From Octopus vulgaris (lineage: Eukaryota), in contig OX597832.1 in NCBI GenBank assembly GCA_951406725.2, forward strand, positions 66,402,001-66,466,000: a stretch of DNA of 64,000 bases. The letters run 5' to 3'. The notes beneath the pieces are model-generated. The model did not search any database and was not told the DNA's origin. It worked only from the letters and a program-made list of their open reading frames with translations. How positions within the stretch are numbered: the first letter of the stretch is position 1; the number at the start of each line of letters is the position of its first letter. Positions 55,160 to 64,000 of the stretch are shown here, piece after piece. The translations under genes were made by a program, and so were the position numbers.

Positions 55160-57209
55160 GTACATACACAAGATTCTGGTTTGTCATATTAGCAAATAAT
55201 TAAATTATTATTAGTGCGTATTGTGACACTTTTAAAGTACAATACTGTTAAGCTTCGGCCTTGAACTTTCAATGGGACTCCGCTCCAGGAGATGTTTACA
55301 GGATTTAATACGGGTATAATGCTTTAGTATGTCGGGTTAGCAATGTCGAGTTAGTGCTAAATCGAAAGGATCAATCCAAGTGTTCAGCGAATGTCGATTT
55401 TATCAATTCGGAAAGGATTTAAATGTAGCGATTGTGCCAGCTCACCGCCTTAGTATAGCACGCCGGATAAAATGTTTATCAGCATCAGGACCGACTTTAC
55501 CTTCTGAGTTCAAATTCCACAGAAAACGATTTATCTTTCATTCTTTTGGGATCTATTAGATATGTGCTAATTAAAAACTGGGGTCAATTGAAATTGCTGG
55601 TCTTATATCAAACTATGAAACCATTATGAGTAAACGAATTTATGTCCTTCATTTACTGATGTATGTGTGTGTGAGTGAATATGTTCACGCTCATGTATGT
55701 GTTCAGTGTGGGTGACCGTATCCACGTGTGTAAATACATATACCCGTGGTGGCATGATTGCTTTTGACAATAATAAAAACAATTTGGTTTCAAGCCAAAT
55801 AGTTTGAAAATATTCTGTTTGCATGTTTTTAATCTTTGCCATGTCGAGAGGATAAATTTGATAAAAAAAAAAGGATTGGGGCGGTGACGTGCAAGTATAA
55901 TAATTCCCTTATTTTTGGATTGTCTTGGAATTAGAATCAATTCGCTTCATTTGTATTTGGTTTATTGTATGTAGATTCAGTTCTATTCATTGCAGATCAG
56001 TCCTAATCTATTAAATATCATTCGCCTTTTCTTAGCTTCTATTATATAAAATGGCTAGAAGAAATTCAAATGAAGACATCTAAGAATTCCAGATAGCGAG
56101 AGTGCGTGTAACTTTGCAAAGTTCCACAGTAACACTTCAAATAATCTCTGTATAGTTTACTTCACATTCATAAAATAGTAACAGATATGGACCAAATCAG
56201 AATCTACGACGGATTGACACACGTATATGATAGTTTAAGTTAAAACAAAATATAGCCAAAATATATTTAAAAAAACAAACAGAAAATTCATCATAGAAAA
56301 TTCATAGGTGACACCATGAATAAGCGTCAGCTACGGTGTTTGATCATCAGGCTAAAAATAGTAGCGAGTTACCTCTCAAATTGGTGGACACACACAGTTA
56401 ACTGGTGTACTCGCTCCTAAAATTGGTGGAACACATAGGATAACATAGTAAATTTAAATTTAGTTATATCAAATAATCAAGTTAAATTAAAATGTAAATC
56501 GTAGTAAATTATGAAATTAATCTGTTGGTCTGAACCCATCATGTCCGCTGTTTAATGATGGATAAAAATTAAGAGTCAGAGGAGGATCCCCATGATCTTG
56601 GGATGGTTTATAAATTCTATTAATAATTGAAAGAGATATTTTCAAAAAATTGTTAATTTAATGTTTAAAATCCGCTACAGAATGTCACAATGACATAATC
56701 TTGTTTAAAAGTTTACCAAGAAATAATTAGTGTAAACGAATGGCAAACACATATTGCTTCTCTCGTACAAGTAAGTAGTAAATGGCAATAAGATAATTAG
56801 GTTTAAATTGCAACAAATTAATCCGTTACGTGCTCATATATGACTTATGATGAAAATCCGCTGATAGCAATAGCAGATAGCAAAGTATGCTGAAATCGGT
56901 AATGTAGATATGGAATAGTAGAGAATAATAGGAATATAATCTGTCCGTATGAGAACATAGGTACACAAAAACATAAACCCACACCCCAAATCATTTAAAA
57001 CTATACATACGTATAAGCATACGCACACACACACACACACACATACGTGTATGGACACACACATACATATATAAATATAGAAAGGTAGACAAGATAGAAA
57101 TAGATATACATGGATATAAATAGCTATATTACTACATATGTAGATAGATAAATATGTATACTTGTACAGGCATGTACGTGTATACATCCAGTAGTAATTT
57201 TCTATTCAG

Positions 57210-57262
<53 letters not shown>

Positions 57263-57664
57263 AGTAAGCTGTTTACAGCCGTCCTCGGTATATGGCTACT
57301 TGATGTATCCTGATATATGCCAATGGGCGTACTTCGGAATTCTGTTTTTGTGGGTGGCATTCATATAAAAATCATGTGACAGATAGAAAATGGAGTTCAT
57401 AAGAACATTTATCCAGAAACTCTACGATCGTTTCGACCAATATTGCAGTGGCATTTTACAGGTAAGATGTTGTAAAAACAATTGTCTCTTTTTGCCAAAT
57501 CGTTAAGTTATGGGAACGTAAACACACCAACATCTGTTGTTAAGCCACGGTGGAAGGACAACAACCGACAGAAAGGCACACTCACATAAACACATAAACA
57601 TATATGCGCTTACAAACACACACACACACACACACACATCCACAAAAACACACACAACGCATGT

Positions 57665-57707
<43 letters not shown>

Positions 57708-57827
57708 GATAGATAGATTTACTGATAGTCACAAATAAATACCTAAACATATACGGGTTTTTTTCAGCTTTCGTCTACCAAATTGATATCGATATTCATA
57801 TATATCTTGCACAACAAATATTTAAAC

Positions 57828-57873
<46 letters not shown>

Positions 57874-58393
57874 AGAGTTCCCGAAAGAAACAAAGGAAGA
57901 AGACAGGTGGTGTATAAAGCAAACAGATGTATTAGCATAACGCTCAGGAATTGAAAAAGTCTTTTACGTTTGGACCCTACGCTCTTCTATAGTAAGGGAC
58001 ACAGAAAAAAAAACAAGGCGAGAAACAAGGGGAGAAAAAAAAGGAGAGAAAAAGCAGAAAAAAGGAGAGAAAAGGGAGAGGAAAAAGGAGAGAGATGAGG
58101 GGGAGGAAGTGAGTTAGATAGATAGTTATGTTACACAAAATTCACATATAAAAATGTTTCATGAAATCGTGCGTTTCCACACGCACAAACATGTATGCAT
58201 CTGTAGAGTCACACCGTTCATTGCATTAAACATAGTGTGTTATATAAAACCACACATCCATACCACTGATACAAGCTTGACTGCTACAAAATAACCATCC
58301 AACAAACGAAGCGGAAATAAAAATTCACTGACTCGACGTCTTTTAAGCATCTTTGCTAAGGAGGAAGCAGTAATGAAATCGATGTATTATATA

Positions 58394-58426
<33 letters not shown>

Positions 58427-58521
58427 TTTATAGAAAGCTCCTTCTATAAAATAAATTAATTTACTCTGCTATGTATTGAGTACCATATTTACTGTGGTTA
58501 ACCCCGACTCAACCCGGGACC

Positions 58522-58597
<76 letters not shown>

Positions 58598-59157
58598 AGA
58601 TATTGAACTGAAAAGTTGGAAGTATAAGAAACTAGGAACATTACTGGTAAATAATATATAAGGACGTTTAAGTAATAATAATAAATGTTAAATAAAAGAG
58701 TTTGACAAACAAACCGGGAAAGTTGACTTAAAATAATAATGATAATAATAAAAAGCATAAACATGCACTTGAAAGAAAGTAAATATGTATATATACATAA
58801 AAACATATAAACAAAAAAGGAAAAGATAATAGAAAAAGTAAAGCAATGAAAATTTACAACAACGAAATGTTTGTTCAATGCATTAATTTGTTTTCATACT
58901 TAAAAACATCATTTATTATATATATATATTTTTTTACTTGTACTCTCATCCTGTAAAATCATTAGGCTCTCACAACTTACAATTAAAATGCATCAGGCTC
59001 TGTTTGCTGTTGTTTGCAATGTATTTTATTTTACTCTAATTTCTTTTTTTTTTATTATTTTCTTTATTTCTTTTTGTGATGTTTCTCTTAATTTCCTGAT
59101 TCTAATGTATTTACGCATTACGAACGAAGAAGAAGGAAGAAAAAGATGTAAGCATTT

Positions 59158-59221
<64 letters not shown>

Positions 59222-60499
59222 GTATATACATATATGTATATATATCTATTTGTCTGTGTGCGTTTGTGATGTGTATATACGCATATTTTTATCCTTTGTT
59301 CGTTATCTCTACATGCACACGCACACGCACACACATATATAGATACGTCCGCGCGGGTGTATACACGCGCACACACACACATGTGTGTAACTGTTGACGT
59401 AGATACACATCTGTGCGCGTACGTATATAAATAAGAAGGACGCTCAACATGAAATATAATTTAAAATACGTACTTAGGTTCTATGGAGGTTTTTTAGAAA
59501 TATCCTAATTCTTACATTTGTGTGTGAATGTGTGTGTGTGCGTGTGTGTTCATGTATACTTAAATATATACCTATATATTTGTATGTATACATTAATATA
59601 TATATATTTATATATATGTATGCATATACGTGTGCGCATATGTGTATATACACATCATGTACATATACACATTACCATAAACGATAAAGGACTTACGAAA
59701 TAAAAGTTATAAATTGTTAATGAATATACATATATACTAAATAATTAAAAAGATTCTATGCAAATTAAAGAACAGTAACAACAATAAATAGAAAATTTTC
59801 CCGAAAAGAATAAATTCGCATTAGTTGTACATTAATTAACGACACAGTTCTCTTTTATCCAAGCTGTAATTAATAAATCAAATCATTATCTTCTTCTCGA
59901 GGGGAGAAATTAACATCGAGTTAGTTGTGTAAAATTGAGTAGTTAAAATAGTTGAAGTAATAAACGTTGTGTATTTGTAGTAGCATTTAAACATTGGGTT
60001 GGCTTTCTCTTTTCGGTATTTATAGATAAGGCGGGATGGTTAAACATAATAGTTTAAAAGAATTTATTTTTGGTATGTTTGAAGTTCCTTTCAGAGAGTA
60101 TTTCTTTTAGAACCAGATGTGCGCTGATCTAGATGACCTCTGATCAAACACGTTTCAACTGTGGCCATCCTAGTTGGTCCTTTTGTAGATTACATTAAAT
60201 ATAGTTTTATTATATTAAAAATATTTGTAACTCGACGGGTAATCACATACATTGGATAAGGTCATGCGATTCTTTTCTCCTTCGAAAAGAGCTAAAAGAA
60301 AACAAACGCAATTACTGCACAGATACAGAAAATAAATCATCGCACATTAACAACCACAACCATTGTCATCACCAGTTTACATCTCTCACAATCCAGTCAG
60401 GTGTTAGGCGATTTTCTCTCAAAAATAGCAGACATCCGTATCGAAGTAAAGAATGCTCACACGAGAACACATAAGCTTTGAACATCTAATCTTGTTTTT

Positions 60500-60920
60500 A
60501 GGCAGCGAGCTGGCAGAATCCTTACATCGCCGGACAAAATGCATAGAGGCATTTCTTATGAATTCACGTTCCGAGTTCAAATGTCACTCACTAGCGTCGA
60601 CTACGTATTTTATCCTTTCGGATTCCGTAAAATAAGAACCAGTATAGCAATTGGGTCGATGTGATCGGTTCAATCCCTCCCCCGATGTTGCCGATCCCGT
60701 GCCGAAATTTCAAACCAATCTCTGATCTTGTTTTAAGGCGGCGAGGTGGTAAAATCGTTAGCGAGCCGGAGAAAATACCGTTAAGTCTTTATGTTCTGAG
60801 TTCAAATGCAACTGGGGTCCATTTCGCTTTCCATCCTGTCGGGGTCGATTAAATAAGTACCAGCTGAGCACTGAGATCGATACAGTTGTTTTACCCTTCA
60901 TCGAAATTCCTGGCCTTGTA
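60500..60920 (+). mobile_element. Two tandem degenerate SINE family 2 copies (60500-60720, 60735-60920)
   Basis: AGGC(A/G)GCGAG heads, GAGTTCAAAT, TTTCCATCCTGTCGGGGTCGATTAAATAAGTACCAG. TSD-like TCT(A/G)ATCTTGTTTT precedes each copy. Confidence 0.75.
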
Positions 60921-63873
60921 ACATCGCCAATTAAATTATGTTTATGTCAAGTAAGACTATGAAGATGCGTATCAGATATCAGATGTTATTGAGCAACTTC
61001 AATTCTCTTCCCTGAGCAGCCTCTGCAAACGCCCCTACATGATGTAATCAGTAATCACAGTAATCAGTTAATCAGGGCAAACTCTCACAATTATTTTCCC
61101 TTCAGGTTCCCGAAAATTGGCGTTCGAGACCTTTATTTCTTCCTTCCTAAACTTCCGGCTATATATTTCTTTCAACATTTCAAACTTTAATAATCGCGCT
61201 TACGCCCTATTACAGTTCGTGCCTAACACAAAAATGGTTGAGGTAATAATCTGACTGCCCAACACCACAGGGGTGGAGGTATGCCACCCATAGACAACCA
61301 CGTGATAGACAATGACAATATAAGAAAACAACACTAAGAAAGAGCAGGACTCTGCCAAGCACCTTTATGTCCGAAAATGTGGAACTATTCGAGCATCCAT
61401 TTATCAAAACCTAATCGTAAATGGGGGTGTGGGAATAGGGAGGCGACTTAACTCACACACACACACACATGCATATGTATCTGTGTAAGTGTGTGCCTGT
61501 GTGTGTTTGTGTGTGTGTGCCTGCATTAAAATACCTATGCATAAGCCTCTTCACATGTGAATATGGTTTGGTGGCATGTAAAATGTTTTCGCAAATTGCT
61601 GTGTGATTTGTGCTTTGGAAGTATATAGGTATGCAGACACACTTTGGAATTCCATACCATTGAAACAAAGAAATATTGAGATGTCAAATCTGGACACACT
61701 GAGAGAGAGAGAGAGAGAAAGATAAAGAGAGAGAGAGTGAGAGAGAGAAAAAAGAAAGAACGACAAAGAGAGAGAGAGAGAGGAGATGAGAGAAGAGGGA
61801 CATAAAAGGGGAGACTGGTTAATCACCGCGCTAGGACTAGTTTTCTATTAAGCAGACTAGGAAACTTGATGTGATGTATCTTGGCCACGTACATTTTATG
61901 CTACCTCTTCCAAGGTTCGTTATAAGATAACGCTGTGGATTCGAATCCTCGAAAAGGCAGCACATTATGTATATATATTCCACCAATACAGGGATCGAAA
62001 TATATGACGGATACAACTCAATTTCGAGGAACCCTATCAATTGATGTTTTTTTTTTCTTTGAAATATAAGCAGCACAGATATCCTTTTTAAATTCTCTTC
62101 CGAATCTACGCTGATTTTTGCTTATAATGCAATGAAGGTTTACCATCCACGTTGATACATGCCTTTATTCTACACTGGAATCTTCAATCGAATGTTTTCC
62201 AAGGCTGCTGCTGGCCACAGTTGCCAACACAAAGAAGTTTAAAATCTCAAGCAATGCCACTTGAATGAGAAAAGCCTATTAGAATGAAAAAAAGACTTTG
62301 CACTGAGACATTCCTACTCACTTAACAGCGTGTGCCTTTAACATGAGACAAAAATTAGCCTACATCACGAGAATTAAAATAAGTTGTAGGATCTGCACCA
62401 GATTCTCTTCGAGAATTATGACTACGTATAAACATTTTTAGTCCCAGCTATTCCCTGGCAGCTAATTATTCTGTATTGATCTACCCCTTGACAGGTATGT
62501 TTGTTGTCTTGCAATCTTCAATGGCAACCATATTCGTTTACAAGGAGATTGCCATTCCATGCAATGCGTTGTACTGGGTTACATAGTTCAGTAGCATTAA
62601 TTGTGACATTATATATATGTGCATACAAACATACATATATAGAAAACCAAATACGTATACGCACACGCACGGAGGCACATGCACACACATACATACGTTT
62701 ATACATACAGACGTCGCTCGCAATTTAATACAGCTTCCTAATAATTGTCATACATTTTCTGATCGAATTGGGTGCCTTTATACGTTGCAAGCAGACATAG
62801 ACAGTTTTGCGAGCAACTCATCGTTGAGTCAGCAGATGTGGTACATGGAATATACAATGCCTGGAACCGCACTTGGTAAGTAGACGTTTTCAGTGGAATG
62901 AAGTTGAGCAAAGAACGATTTAAGTATCCCTCGTTCTAGAGTTCGAACCCCATATTTTATGTTCGAAGGTGTAACAGCTTAAACAAATGACTACGTGCCT
63001 TATTACACAAACAAAAATACACATCAACATACAAATGCACGCGTATATGTATACTACCATGTTTTATAATCCTTTTATATAACTCGATATATTTTTAACG
63101 CACCCTTGCGGATGATATTGAATGCATTATTTTTTTTTATCATTCTTATAGTTATTGCTGATATTTCCGTTTCCTTTGTTAGGCCTTTAACGGTACTAGT
63201 AGTATTATGGCTATGGCACCGCATATAAAATCGAATAATCGAACTTCGATAGTATAATGATAACGGGACGCAAAAAAGGAAAGAGTTAAAGAGAGACCGT
63301 AAAACATAGATAGGGAAGAGGTTTCGATAAACGTGCGAGTGTTTGTATGTTTGTGTAAATGAAATGTGTGCAAGTATATGTTTATATTTCTGAGTGAGAG
63401 GAGAGGAAAGACATAGACATTTTGATCAGCATAACTCAGTGTGATTTTAACACGATTTGACAGTTCTCAGAAATGCATGATGAAGAGTGTCGAGTTATAG
63501 AAGAAAAGATTCGTTTAATGTGCATTCAACGAGAAGATGACCTTCCGTTGCGAACATTTGATGTTGGCAAAAACTATATCAGCACGAAGTTGGTTTATTT
63601 CAGGGAGAAGGTGAATAGGTGAATAAATGAGACTGATAAAGGTATTAAGAAGGAGATATCGGCATCATGAGGAACAGAAGAAACTAAAAGGGATAGGAAT
63701 AGCAAAACGAAAGAGGCAAAGAAAAGGATAAGAAGGTGCTGCAATGAATAAGATGGGTTATCGATCGATCTGGGTGTTACGAATCACTACATTTTGACCA
63801 GAATATATTATACAACTTTCCGTTTATGCTATGCAGTTGTGCACACACACAGATACACATAATAGGAATATAC

Positions 63874-63925
<52 letters not shown>

Positions 63926-64000
63926 ATACAAATGTATACATATGCATATGTACATACATGTATACAAGTATATCGTTATAAAGATATATGCATATATATA

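Noticed and set aside
63400-63790. Purine-rich LINE-like 3' remnant
   Set aside because: Too degraded to assign.

Overview
This is AT-rich, microsatellite-saturated eukaryotic DNA. The repeat content (tRNA-derived SINEs with an (AAAAGAGT)n tail, dense (TA)n/(CA)n/(TAA)n arrays) suggests an octopus/coleoid cephalopod genome (inference). No host gene is securely identifiable; there is one weak candidate terminal exon at ~43.0 kb on the minus strand. Nearly all ORFs in the supplied track are microsatellite translations. Main content: (1) two head-to-tail stacks of R4/Dong-clade non-LTR retrotransposons (restriction-like endonuclease, RLE) from about five families inserted in (TAA)n tracts, 17.4-28.7 kb on + and 35.8-40.5 kb on -. 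They include a ~4 kb full-length copy whose three frameshifts are all 6->5 homopolymer shortenings, plus a non-coding ~545 bp passenger element using the same target. (2) Two diverged ~354-362 bp non-coding elements (9.07-9.62 kb and 32.03-33.26 kb) embedded in (TA)n. Each carries a type I hammerhead ribozyme with the variant U3-A8 core (UUGANAA) and a palindromic minimal stem III. They share colinear covarying hairpins and a tandem-plus-inverted, Penelope-like insertion architecture. This retrozyme-like family is the most interesting signal. (3) Three tRNA-derived SINE families, a deleted mariner with an internal inversion, a Tigger/pogo-like MITE, foldback relics and a ~770 bp local duplication.
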